From positions 10,912,001 to 10,976,000 of the forward strand of contig CM068755.1 in NCBI GenBank assembly GCA_035084275.1: a stretch of 64,000 nucleotides of DNA, in the 5' to 3' direction. Within the stretch, counting starts at the first letter, position 1; each line of letters opens with the position of its first letter. Below are positions 55,101 through 64,000 of the stretch, piece by piece. The notes beneath the pieces were generated by a model, which did not search any database, was not told the origin of the DNA, and saw only the letters and a list, made by a program, of their open reading frames with translations. A program made the position numbers and the translations under genes. The stretch comes from Hydrolagus colliei (taxonomy: Eukaryota).

Positions 55101-58100
55101 CATCTGAAGAAGTTCTAACGTGCCTAAATATCTTCTACAGGCTGGATTAATGCTTGATCACGGGGTTAAAACCACTCCAGCCAATGCAAAGGACAAGAGG
55201 CCGTTCCTCTCACTGGTTGGTTCAAGGTGGGTTCATGGTGTAGAATAGAATACTAATAATAATCCTTGCATTTGATACAGCGCTTTTCACATCTTCTAGA
55301 CATCGCAAAGCACTTCACAGAAGATACTGTAAAGTGAATTGACTATATTTGTGGGTGAAATGCGGCAGCCAATTGCGCACCACAGTGTCCCACAAACAGT
55401 TGTGAATTGTAATGACCATTTTATTATTATTTTTGAGGGATTATTATTGCAGAACAATCCTGCAACAGTTATGTTACAGAAAACACTTCATTCTCCTGGG
55501 GAAGACGAGCTGGTTTGGGAAGATGTGCATTTTTAATTTAAAACATATTAAAATATACATATCATGTTATTTTTTAAAAAAACACTGTGAAATTGTTGAT
55601 AATAGTATTTATTTCAAAGGCCTAATCAAAATCAAATGTGTAGTTTGTTTAAAAATGTATCCGTGCTTTTGTAACTGGGGATAAATGGTGATGAGGTTTT
55701 CTATTTTAATTAAGTAATGAAATTAGCATTTTTCCATACATTATTTGGCTGGTAATTGATTGATAATTTGTTGTTAATTTGTGCACCAGGATATACGAGC
55801 GAAATGTTTCTTCCTGTGCATAAATATGGTTGCATTTTATATTGTTCTGCATGTCCTCGGGGAATCCTTTGGTGTCAGACCTGCAGCTGGGTGGATATTT
55901 TATGAATTTATTTTAAATAAATTTGAATTTAAATTTTGTATCGGAATGAAAAGACGATGCATATTCACTACATTTTCTATTCAAGGCGTTGCGGGAAAAC
56001 ACATAGGCTGATTCATTCATAATTGGGAACTTTAATTGATTTATGCAATACGTTGATCAGTATACATTAAAGAGGAAGGGGAAGAGAAATACGCTGTAAA
56101 TAATTCAGAGAAACAACTCAGTATGAATTCTGTGGGTGTTCGTAGGCAGAATCTAAAGAGATTATCTGCCAATGACATAAAACAGTGCAGCTGGAGAGAA
56201 TTCAATTCAAGAAGTTTTCCTCTTCGTAAAATGTAGCGTTCTGAATAAAATCTTAATTTTGTTTTTGGTGAGGATTTGAAACGGTTGTCTGATTTCTTCT
56301 GGTTTTAGGTATAGTCCCCATAAAGAAGCTGATCCATACAAATCCAGGGAGCCTGCTTTAATCAACCATTATATTGCTTACAAAAATCAGGACCACGGGG
56401 CTTGGCTTCGTGGTGGTGATGTGTGGTTGGATAACTGCCAGTAAGTCATACTTTTACTCTTTGAAATACAATTTATGGATTTAATCACTTTTTTTGTTAA
56501 AAAAAACAAAGATTGGCTGTGTACTTTAAATAAAAATGCATTGCATCATCATTCTCTACAGCTCCGGTCCTGATCATTATTTTTCTGCACAGTGGTAATC
56601 AAGTATACAAGGATTCATTCCATTTGTTTTCACTTGTGTAGTATGTCTGCACTGATGAGTCACGTAATATTTGCAATAGAGCATGTGTATAGATTTACCT
56701 TTGAAACATCCCAGCACAGTGTATATATTCCGTATAATACCAATAGATAATTATAAACTATGAATAAATAAAACCTCTTGCACAAGTGTGAGAATAACAG
56801 AATAAGTTTGGCAACAAATATATCCTATAAATATGTAAACATTTGAACACAACAATGATTATTTGCTAAATGTACTTTGGGCCAAGAGGAAAATTTGGTC
56901 TATATCAAATTGATGGCTATCTTGGAAATCTTCAAACCAGTTGTAACAAATCGTACGGCATTAAATTTGAAAAGGTGCATCAAAGAAGGAAACCAACTCT
57001 ATTTTTTGCATTTGTCTCAAACAGTGTATTGGCCTTTACTTCATATCAAAATATTTCTGTGTGCAGCGACGTATTGCACACTAGGAAGGTCAAATATGCA
57101 AATATGAATGATAGAAAATGTGGTCGGTTAATTCAGACATCGCAAAGATGTTGCAACGAGAGAAAGAGACTTCTCCCTGAGCATTGTAAGCTCACTATTA
57201 GCCTGGTTAAGAGATTTCTGAGCAACTCAATAGCTCATCCAAGTTTGCTGACGTTAAACATCTTTTTAAAATGTTTTAATTTGGTTCAGATTCATGACAT
57301 AATTATTCATTCATATCTGTTCTTTCTCTTTAGATTTGCTGACAATGGAATTGGTTTGACCCTTGCCAGGTATGTGCTTGCAATGATTGATTTTTTTTTT
57401 GATGATGATGTCTCTCTGATGTCCTCGTTCGTACTGGGGTATAACTGTATAACTGTCAAGGTGCAGAGTGCCAACATTTACCTTACTCACCTAGTCATTC
57501 CTCAAGCCTGAGTCAAGGTAGTGAGTGAAAATAACTTGTCCCGAGACGTCCCAATGACATGATAAGGTCCTATATCAAACGCAAGGATTGTTATTATTAA
57601 TGTTCACAAACATACTCGCAGGAATCACTGAAAAGTGATTGAGAAGAGAATCCCAAGTTGATTTACCCTGAGATCCAGGTTAGGTGCTGAGCAGTTACAC
57701 CCCAACTGTTGTCCTGGCTGAAATCAGATGACAATTTCTCAACTGTTGATAAAGCATTGTGGACTTCATGACCCTTGATATCATATAATAATCAAATAAT
57801 ATTTTACATTCTTAGTGGTGGGACTTTTCCAGACGATGATGGGGCCAAACAGGAGATTAAAAACTCTTTGTTTGTCGGGGAGAGTGCTAACCGAGGCACA
57901 GAGATGCCGGGGAATCACTTTTGGGGGCCTGGCGGTTTGGATCACAGTGGACGAGCTCTTCCCAAAGGAGTGTAAGTAATTCACTGCTAGCAACAGCAAA
58001 TCACATTTGTGGAGTGCTGTAGCCTTGCAAGCAAGAAACTAGGGTTTGATTCCAGGCAGGGTGGAAACCTTGAGCAAATTTCCTTACTCCACATGCCTGA

Positions 58101-61100
58101 TAATAACTCCTCAAATAAAACAATAATAAATTGCTCACTTCAATCCATGACTGTTTGTGGGACACTGCTCTGCACAATTGGCTGCTGTGTTTCGCCCACA
58201 AAAATACAGTCAGTTCACTTGAAAGTATATTCTGTGAAGCACTTTGAGAAGTCTTGTAGCTCAGTGGTTAGAGCACTTGTCTTACAAGCGAGAGACCTAG
58301 CTGGGTTTGATTCCAGGCAGGGCGAAATCTTGAGTTTCCTTACTCCAAACAACTAATAATAATCCTTCAAAAAATAAAACAATTGCAAATTGGTCATTTC
58401 AATCCACAACTGTTTGTGGGACGCTACTGTGCGCAAATAACTGCCATATTCCGTCCACAAATATACAGTCGTTTATGGTCTATTCTGTGAAGCGCTTTGA
58501 GACTCTAGAAGATGTGAAAAGCACTATATCAAATGCGGGATTATTATTATTAGTATAGTGCCTTTCACATCAGGAGGACATCCCAATTCACTGGACAGTC
58601 AGGGGATCCTCACCCATGCTGGTGGTTGATATCAGGAAGGAGGGTGATGGAAGGCACGTTCGACAAGGAGGGTCTTGAAGCAGGCAAGGGCCATGCATTG
58701 GAATTGCATCACTCTTTGTTTCCGTGTGTTTGCAATATGCTAAAATTAAACGTTTTCTCTATGTGCTTGTCCAGAGTTCGTTAAAGCAAGAAACAGTTAA
58801 TTTTGGGCAGAGGAATCGATTTCCATTCTTGCCATATGAGGTAGCTGGTGAAGCTGAAGCTCCCCCTCCCACCGTTGGGACTTCATCACCGCTTCATATC
58901 TTTCTCCGTTGCATCACCTCAAAAATAAAAGATCAATTTGTGACGAATTATGTGCCGTGCATCTAGGAGGCCCCTCTCAAAGCCAAGGGAGAAAATAGCA
59001 CCTTGTAAATCAGTCAGGGGTAAATGTGCATCCCAGGCCATTTCAAGTTTCCATTTTCAGAAACAAAAGGTATTTTTAATCCCCGTGCTCTGAACCGTTT
59101 CGCTTACTTGTGTGAAAAAAAATTAGCCATGGCTAATTTTGCAACTCTGAAACTGAATGGCGTTTTCTTTTCCCAGGAAATTTCCCATTCGAGGAATGCA
59201 GATCTACGACGGCCCAATTAACGTACAGAATTGCACTTTCCGTAAGTTTGTGGCACTGGACGGACGTCACACCAGTGCTATTGGTTTCCGACTCAACAAT
59301 GCCTGGCAGAGCTGTCCTCAGAACAATGTGACAAACATCACGTTTCAAGATGTGCCGGTATGTCTTTCGATTTGAGCACTTTGTAATAATAATAATACTT
59401 GTATAATAATACCGTTAATACCGAAATAATACCGTTTCGGAGCTTGAACCCGCAACCCTCTGACTTCAGAGCTGAGTGTGTGCCAGGCTGACACACTAAT
59501 GTGACCAGTTGCACTGAGAAACAAACCCCACAATGGGTGCACATTTCCCGTTCTCTTCATTTGGATTTTAAAATCCCTAGCAAACCCTTGTGTTCATGTT
59601 AGAACATTGTGTCATAATATATAGGAATCCTAGGACTTTCAAGATCTTAAGTGACTTCCTCATGACTGTTTCGTATCTCTTTGTTGATGAGAAAATTGTG
59701 ATATCTCGTCCATTCAGATCACATCTCGTGTCTTCTTTGGAGAGCCAGGCCCGTGGTTCCACCAAATGGAAATGGATGGGGATAAAACGACTATCTTCCA
59801 TGACGTGGATGGCTCAGTCTCTGAGTATCCTGGATCTTATATTGTAAAGCATGATAACTGGTTGCTGAGACATCCTGAATGTATTGACGTACCAGACTGG
59901 AGGTCGGCTATCTGCAGCGGTCGCTTTGCACAAGTAAGTTGGCAGGTTTATTTTCATACCAAATATTGTTTCCACAAAAAATATTATTTTAAAAACACCT
60001 TCATTTACAAAAGTTTGAGATTATTAGGCCTTTCAGTATATTTTAACCTATGATCTGTTTAGTAATCCAGTCTTACCATATTTGCTCAACACTCAGAACA
60101 ATACTTAATGTTACATTCTGAATTAAACATTGTCATTCTGCAAAGCAGATTTCATATTATTGCCTGTGACTTCATACTACTATATATATGGATTTGTGAG
60201 GAGCAGTCTGTTGCGTGTTTAGTTCTCACGGGTCCCCATCGCAGTCAGTGTGCTTTCCTTCCTCACCTACTTTGTTTATATTAATGCAAGAATCAAACTT
60301 GGATCGGTTTCCTCTCATCAGTTTTTATTTCAATTTTTGCTTCAAGGTGTATATTCAGACTAGAAAACCAGCGAACCTGAAGATGAAGATGATTAAAGAT
60401 GAATACCCTAACAATCCTCTGCTCTTGAAGGGTGCCCTGGGCAGACACAGTCATTACCAGCAATACCAACCTGTGGTTATGCTACAGAAAGGATACACTA
60501 TCCACTGGAATGGCGTAGCCCCTGAGGAACTAATAATTTGGCTCATCAACTTTAACCGGTGAGTAGAAAACTTTCAGTCCCAAGATAAACTCCTCGAACT
60601 TATTCAAGAGCGATTCAATGTCCATTTCACAAGAATCCTGTCTTCTGTGTGCATATAGTTTTAATGAACATGCCATGTTGATATTGGCCAAGATGCGTTA
60701 AGTGATTACATTAAAAGCAACAAGCCACCACTAACACCCCCCCCCCCTCACCCACCCCACACACATAGACACACTCCTCGGTCTCTCTAGGTGCAAGTGG
60801 TCTGATCTAAGATGGACACCTGCGCTGGTTTGTAATTCTAAGGTCCACTAAACAACTTTCAATTACTTGTTTTGTTCCATTCCTTTCCCTCTAGAGAAGG
60901 GATTTACCTCATCTTGAGATCAGCTGAGCTCATCTTCTATGACTGTTACAGTTGGGACCTTAACTAATGCATGGACAAGTTGTGCAACTTTGATACAATT
61001 TATCCTGGAGGAAGTGAAAATGCACAGAGTCAGAAGTGAACTTGTAGCGTGATTCATCCTGACCAAACCCTACTTATCCTGCACCTTTTTCAGCGAATCT

Positions 61101-64000
61101 GTGCCAAATTTGCAGCATACACGGAGCTATTCCATTCCCTCAGCAGTTCCGTAGCTGCACATAAAACTAAACATACAAACTCCACACGTCTTTCTGTGCT
61201 ATTTATACAAAAAGTTACTCATTAAAATTGGCTGCAAAAACATAATGAACTCATTATACCACCTAGCTGGTAGGAACAGTTCCCGGTTGGCCTTTCCTAG
61301 GATTAGGCTACAAAGTGAAGCATTGATTTCTGTCTAAGGAATCTCTCCAGGGTACTTGTAGGGTAGATAATGACCTACACAATGAAAACAGCCCTGCACA
61401 TAGGGACCTGAAATGGAGATATGTGCTGAATATTTTAAAATTAATTCAAATGAGTACTGAATGTTCAACCCCATAATTTCTCTAAAGAGAAAAAACAAGC
61501 AATAGAAAGAATTATGATTATGTTTTATTTATTTTACTTGACTGATTAACAGTGGCACTGATGACATTGTTAAGAGAAACTTGTCAGGAAGAGTTACCGA
61601 GTTGGATTGTGTGCAGGATCTATTGACTAGAGTTCAAAACAACAAGTTGCTGAAGCGCCCTGAGTTACTGGCTGTGTCTGTAGTGATGTTGTTTCCCAAG
61701 TTATACTGGAGATCAGCGTCAGTTAGGCACATTAACAATCCTGCCTCACACAAAGAGGATATGTTATTCTGCCTGCAACTAAGTGGCATTCCTGTTTGCT
61801 CCAAATCTTACCACCTATGTGCAAACACATGAATTTAGGATGTGCCAAGACAGTTGATCAAGAAGAAATAGGCTTAGAGTTGCAAAGACAATTTCAGTAC
61901 AGACACTGAGAAGTATTTTCTTTACCCGGAGGCTAATTAACGACTAATAAGGTGGTTAAGGTCAGGATGCTGGACACACACATAGAGCATTTTAATCTCA
62001 TGCTTAAAGATTACCCTACTGCCCGTCACACACACACATCCTTTACAGCATTGAGTTGCATTGTAAAATAGTCCAGTGTCCTGGCCTCAACCACCCATCT
62101 TAGAAATGAGTACCAGTAGTTAATTACCTTTTGGGTAAAGAAGCTTCCTGTTGTCTGTCCTGACTTGGTGGGGGCTCAGGCAACAGAACTCCTGCCTCCG
62201 TACCAGAAGATTTTGAGTTCCAGCCTCATGTCAGAAATTGAGTTCACTTTCTAGGCTGACACTTCAATACTGGGAGAGGGATTGCTGCATTGTTAGCCAT
62301 GGGATCTTGCAGATGTGACTTTAGTTGACGTTCCGCATGCCTGTCCTCTGGTGAAAGTTAAAGATTCCATGATAATGTTTGAAGAGAGAACATTCCATGA
62401 TAATGTTTCCCCCAAATCCTGGCCAACAATCTTCAGATTAAAATTAGTCATTCATCTCATGGACCCATTGCCCTGCGCAAAATGGCTGCCGAGTACGCCT
62501 ACAAAAGTAAGAGAAAATGCATCAAGTCCAAGATTAATGTCTTCTAATAAACAAATATCTCATGCTCTGTGTAGATAGCTATTTTTATGATCTCGTAAAT
62601 TAAAACCAATTTATCAAAAAGTTATGTAAATTGTTTCCAGATGGTAAAGCTACTTATGAAGGGGGGATATATGCAATTGACAAATGCTTTATGTTTAAAC
62701 AGATCTTGGTAATCTTGTGGTTCCTAAAGGAAAATAAAAGGTCTAAGGGGGTTGAGATTGGTGTTTATTTTTAGGTTTACTTTTATTGTGGTTGGAGAGA
62801 TTAGGAGGAATGTTTGTGTTCAGTTCTTTTCCAGTCACTCGCATGAATATTTTGCCAATCACACATCTTGCATGTGGACCACAGATGGTACTGGGCTCAG
62901 GAAGAATTCATTGAAACATTTGTATAGTGCTTTTATTTAGCCCAAGGCAGTGAACAGTCAAGGCTTGGTATCCATGCTTGGTGTCGAGAGGGGTGGAGAG
63001 TATGGATGTGGGTATGGGAAGCTGGCTGAATGCACGTTCGAAGAAGAAGGTCTTGAGATGGGCCTTGAGGGAAGTAAGGGAGGGGGTGACTGTTAAACAT
63101 CTGAATTATTGAGGTACAATCTCAGTGATAATTTATTATTAACTGTTATCAGTGTAGTAACTGTAAAATGACTTGCTTTCATGTTGTCCTAACTCACCCT
63201 GCATTATTGCTTGTTACAATCTGTATTCGTATTTTACAGGAACGACTGGATCCGAGTAGGAATCTGTTATCCTAAAGGAACTACATTTAGTATTCTCTCA
63301 GACATTCATAATCAGTTAACAAAAAAAACAGTCAAGACTGGAACTTTCCTGCAATCCCACCAGATGGAGAAACTGGACCGTACCGACTCTGGCAGAGGCT
63401 TCTACTTCTTTGATGAGGGCGCTGGGTACGTCAGTCATCATTAAGATAGTAACACATAGCGTACATCACCTGTTGACTCTTAACATTACTACTGGGTAGA
63501 AATATCCTCGTAAGAATTAGCCACGATATTCAGTGGTGTGTGGCAGGAATAGAGGTCGGAAAATGTAATATAGCCATTTTAAATCTCTTAAAATGTATGT
63601 TGCTGCATTTATCTTTTGCTAAGATTTGATATTAAGTTTCAAAAATTTCTGTAGTTCTGTCTGTATAAGCTTTTGAAGTCGGATGCGGCAGAGAAGTTAC
63701 ACACTTATTTTCCTGTGAATTATTTGGCAAAAATAAAATGCCTGTAAATTAAGCTTTTGAAGTGCGCTTTGATTTTAATAACAGCAAATTTGCTTAATTT
63801 TCATTCAAAAAGATTGTTTCACCTCATTCACATGCTGATTTTTGTTTTATTTTTCCCAATCAAAGAGTTCTGTTCTTGAAAGCGAAAGCTCACCATGACC
63901 GCCAGACTTTTGCTTTCTGCTCTGTGAGAGGCTGTGAGAGGATAAAGATCAAAGCCATCGTTCCAAAGAATAGCAAGATTAGTGACTGTGTTATGAGGGT
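29925..64000 (+). CDS. CEMIP: Gene B: cell migration-inducing hyaluronidase 1 (CEMIP/KIAA1199/HYBID), 24 coding exons, 3' end outside the window
   Basis: Signal peptide, then G8 (CPDQDPDLRHWNPGHD), GG1 (SWGHRG..FDTY), WxxW and PbH1 repeats. CEMIP-specific motifs KDKRPFLS, AYKNQDHGAWLRGGDVWLD, RLNNAWQSCP, FAFCS..GCERIKIKA. All junctions GT-AG and in phase. Confidence 0.96.
31185..31292 (+). mobile_element. tRNA-SINE 3' fragment
   Basis: cagtcaattcacttt..tatatcaaatgcaaggattattat tail. Confidence 0.7.
31432..31569 (+). CDS. CEMIP: CEMIP exon (ACPDQDPDLRHWNPGHD...IHIFDG), G8 domain start
   Basis: acaag|CT, GGAG|gtattt. Confidence 0.92.
31614..31722 (+). mobile_element. tRNA-SINE 3' fragment
   Basis: cgcccacaaaatgtacagtaaattcac...aaatgcaaggattattattatt. 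Confidence 0.75.
31950..32091 (+). CDS. CEMIP: CEMIP exon (GRLVISDSGKQPIVLRTRNILIEAGGELHIGSEVCPFQSNFTIILYGR)
   Basis: tgcag|GC, GGAAG|gtaaat. Confidence 0.94.
32199..32435 (+). CDS. CEMIP: CEMIP exon (SDEKT...KYIGV..GGTLEIHG...SWGHRG...HSDK)
   Basis: cgtag|A, GACAA|gtgagt. Confidence 0.94.
32723..32902 (+). CDS. CEMIP: CEMIP exon (FDTYKSKDESKRLADYLN...VAVNDEGS...LGFR), GG1 domain
   Basis: taaag|G, TTCAG|gtacgc; 180 nt. Confidence 0.94.
32934..33352 (+). mobile_element. Interrupted tRNA-SINE with an internal pyrimidine-rich insertion (about 33118-33273)
   Basis: SINE pieces in order: cagggcgaaaccttagg, ttggctgccgtgtttcgcccacaaatatacagtcaat, tatattctgcgaagcgctttgag..aggattattatt. Confidence 0.7.
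36262..36332 (+). CDS. CEMIP: CEMIP exon (HPWSFITIKGHPETSVEDHIIYQ)
   Basis: tgaag|G, CAAG|gtaaca. Confidence 0.92.
36843..36938 (+). CDS. CEMIP: CEMIP exon (GTEASAVAKVFKLFQSPYGDHFTVASTSEWVQ)
   Basis: aacag|GT, CAAG|gtaaga. Confidence 0.9.
37104..37179. repeat. Compound (TG)n(TA)n microsatellite
   Basis: Directly visible dinucleotide runs. Confidence 0.95.
37272..37393 (+). CDS. CEMIP: CEMIP exon, WxxW domain part 1 (DVEWTEWFDRDDERGSGDWEKLSDLRAAFPGKICASPVDIQ)
   Basis: tgcag|AC, ATACAG|gtaaac. Confidence 0.93.
37656..37803 (+). CDS. CEMIP: CEMIP exon, WxxW domain part 2 (ASTVNEIPANFTTQVFHKHDRDYGFVCRNQDQVDGICHNYKVRFLCGTP)
   Basis: tttag|GCA, CCAG|gtttgt. Confidence 0.92.
37884..37944 (+). 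pseudogene. Partial intronic duplicate of the 5' part of CEMIP exon 37656-37803
   Basis: acattgactgttaatggaatcccaaccaatttgacaaccaaggtatttcataaacatgatc vs exon gcatcgactgttaatgaaatcccagccaacttcacaacccaggtattccataaacatgatc (8 substitutions in 61 nt, no indels). Confidence 0.85.
39282..39473 (+). CDS. CEMIP: CEMIP exon (VWPKVTVTIDT...STDYSMYQTEEFQLLPCPECRPNQIKIR)
   Basis: tgcag|TG, CGTG|gtacga. Confidence 0.93.
39895..39990 (-). mobile_element. Second copy of the Penelope-like short repeat
   Basis: gaaaactcagcaggtcaggcagcatccacggagaaaggaaagtgagtcaacatttcgggtccacgacccttc aligns with 11525-11597. Confidence 0.75.
41494..41816 (-). mobile_element. Full-length tRNA-derived SINE
   Basis: Reverse complement shows head ggagctcctgtggcttagtggttagagcac, box B gttcgaatcc, body and tail. 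Confidence 0.9.
43450..43715 (+). mobile_element. Deu-domain SINE interrupted by a short L2 tail (about 43545-43596)
   Basis: ggctggcgtttcagtgcactgcagggagag..gagatgttaaacaagg Deu core; nested ggacatcctccccaggtgaaaggcgctctataaatg with TGGAC on both sides. Confidence 0.6.
43790..43948 (+). mobile_element. CR1 LINE 3' end
   Basis: gatagctctttcaaagagccagcaaagacatgatgggccgaatggcctccttccctgctgtaaaattctatcattctatga. Confidence 0.8.
44050..44219 (+). CDS. CEMIP: CEMIP exon (GKAKYLHIGEEVDGIDMRAEVGMLSRNI...GGHIK)
   Basis: tacag|GA, ATTAAG|gtacag. Confidence 0.94.
44357..44566 (+). CDS. CEMIP: CEMIP exon (MGIGFKATHIEGAELKHMGQQ..YPIHFH...RCVTIHGSNGLL)
   Basis: accag|ATG, CTACTG|gtgagt. Confidence 0.95.
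44631..44748 (+). mobile_element. tRNA-SINE 3' fragment
   Basis: tttcacccacaaaatatacagtgaattcactttacagtatatt...taaatgcagggatt. Confidence 0.78.
46356..46722 (+). mobile_element. Full-length tRNA-derived SINE, long variant
   Basis: Head ggagtcctgtagctgagtggttagagcactc, about 70 extra nt after the head, standard body and tail. Confidence 0.88.
46800..47020 (+). mobile_element. Degraded Penelope-like repeat (third copy, opposite orientation)
   Basis: ttcagttctgacgaaaggtc...gactgaccttactgtagatttgcagtatttttgttttt resembles the reverse complement of 11467-11609. Confidence 0.5.
48170..48420 (+). mobile_element. L2-like 3' fragment
   Basis: gacatcctcctgacatgaaaggcattatatac tail as in the other L2 ends. 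Confidence 0.55.
48998..49203 (+). CDS. CEMIP: CEMIP exon (VKDVIGYNTLGHCFFTEDG...PKPRQDC)
   Basis: tctag|GTG, TGCAA|gtaagg. Confidence 0.95.
52150..52262 (-). mobile_element. tRNA-SINE 3' fragment
   Basis: ataatgatccttacatttgatatagcgcc...gtaaagtgaattcactgtgtattttgtgggtgaaatgc. Confidence 0.78.
53747..53816 (+). CDS. CEMIP: CEMIP exon (AVSTFWIANPNNNLINSAASGSE)
   Basis: tacag|T, TCCGAA|gtatgt. Confidence 0.94.
53958..54086 (+). CDS. CEMIP: CEMIP exon (ETGFWFIFHHVPTGPS...NNRAHSNFR)
   Basis: tgcag|GAA, TTCAGG|gtaggt. Confidence 0.95.
55141..55226 (+). CDS. CEMIP: CEMIP exon (AGLMLDHGVKTTPANAKDKRPFLSLVGSR)
   Basis: tacag|GCT, TCAAG|gtgggt. Confidence 0.93.
55254..55440 (-). mobile_element. tRNA-SINE, 5'-truncated
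   Basis: taataataatccttgcatttgatacagcgc...cagtgtcccacaaacag..gacc. Confidence 0.85.
56309..56440 (+). CDS. CEMIP: CEMIP exon (YSPHKEADPYKSREPAL...AYKNQDHGAWLRGGDVWLDNC)
   Basis: tttag|G, TGCCA|gtaagt. Confidence 0.94.
57334..57369 (+). CDS. CEMIP: CEMIP micro-exon (FADNGIGLTLAS)
   Basis: tttag|A, GCCAG|gtatgt; 36 nt. Confidence 0.93.
57816..57971 (+). CDS. CEMIP: CEMIP exon (GGTFPDDDGAKQEIKNSLFVGES...GRALPKGV)
   Basis: cttag|T, GGAGT|gtaagt. Confidence 0.94.
58011..58552 (+). mobile_element. Head-to-tail pair of tRNA-SINEs (58011 to about 58247; about 58248 to 58552)
   Basis: Two heads (ggagtgctgtagc..., gaagtcttgtagctcagtggttagagc) and two bodies but only one terminal tail. Confidence 0.87.
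59177..59357 (+). CDS. CEMIP: CEMIP exon (KFPIRGMQIYDGPINVQNC...FQDVP)
   Basis: cccag|G, GTGCCG|gtatgt. Confidence 0.95.
59718..59933 (+). CDS. CEMIP: CEMIP exon (ITSRVFFGEPGPWF...AICSGRFAQ)
   Basis: ttcag|ATC, GCACAA|gtaagt; 216 nt. Confidence 0.95.
60347..60558 (+). CDS. CEMIP: CEMIP exon (VYIQTRKPANLKM...YQQYQPVV...WLINFNR)
   Basis: tcaag|GTG, AACCG|gtgagt. Confidence 0.94.
62170..62520 (+). mobile_element. Deu-domain SINE, degraded
   Basis: ctaggctgacacttcaatactgggagagggattgctgcattgtt...aaagattccatg...gcgcaaaatggctgccg; internal direct repeat attccatgataatgttt. Confidence 0.65.
63240..63425 (+). CDS. CEMIP: CEMIP exon (NDWIRVGICYPKG...FYFFDEGAG)
   Basis: tacag|G, GCTGG|gtacgt. Confidence 0.94.
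63866..64000 (+). CDS. CEMIP: CEMIP exon, truncated by window end (VLFLKAKAHHDRQTFAFCSVRGCERIKIKAIVPKNSKISDCVMR...)
   Basis: caaag|A acceptor, in phase with the previous exon. Confidence 0.92.

Noticed and set aside
56870-57511. Longest ORF in the track (213 aa)
   Set aside because: Only the 36-nt micro-exon FADNGIGLTLA is recognisable; the rest is intron that is open by chance.
1-64000. CRISPR array, operon, prophage or other prokaryotic-type system
   Set aside because: No regularly spaced repeats or dense long ORFs; the window is explained by spliced vertebrate genes and interspersed repeats.

Overview
Eukaryotic (vertebrate) genomic DNA, AT-rich and intron-dominated. The repeat complement (tRNA-headed SINEs with an L2-type tail, Deu-domain SINEs, L2, CR1, Penelope-like fragments) suggests a cartilaginous fish, probably a holocephalan; this is an inference. 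The window holds two tandem + strand genes of the G8/GG/PbH1 hyaluronan-degrading family. Gene A (404-27323) is the 3' half (13 coding exons, stop TAG 27321-27323) of a CEMIP2/TMEM2-type gene. Gene B starts about 2.6 kb later (ATG 29925) and is CEMIP/KIAA1199, with 24 coding exons visible and the last running off the window. I read the exons by hand from GT-AG boundaries and phase continuity, comparing with human CEMIP/TMEM2 sequences recalled from memory (no alignment was run). Nearly all ORFs in the supplied track are spurious or are exon fragments. Main points of interest: (1) the TMEM2-type + CEMIP tandem, possibly a third family paralogue or relic of a pre-WGD tandem pair; (2) a 143-bp TSD-flanked Penelope-like insertion carrying a minimal hammerhead-ribozyme core; (3) a natural Asp-to-Asn change in the CEMIP GG1 domain; (4) a partial exon duplicate; (5) SINE clustering just downstream of splice donors. 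No prokaryotic-type system, CRISPR array or true RNA gene was found.
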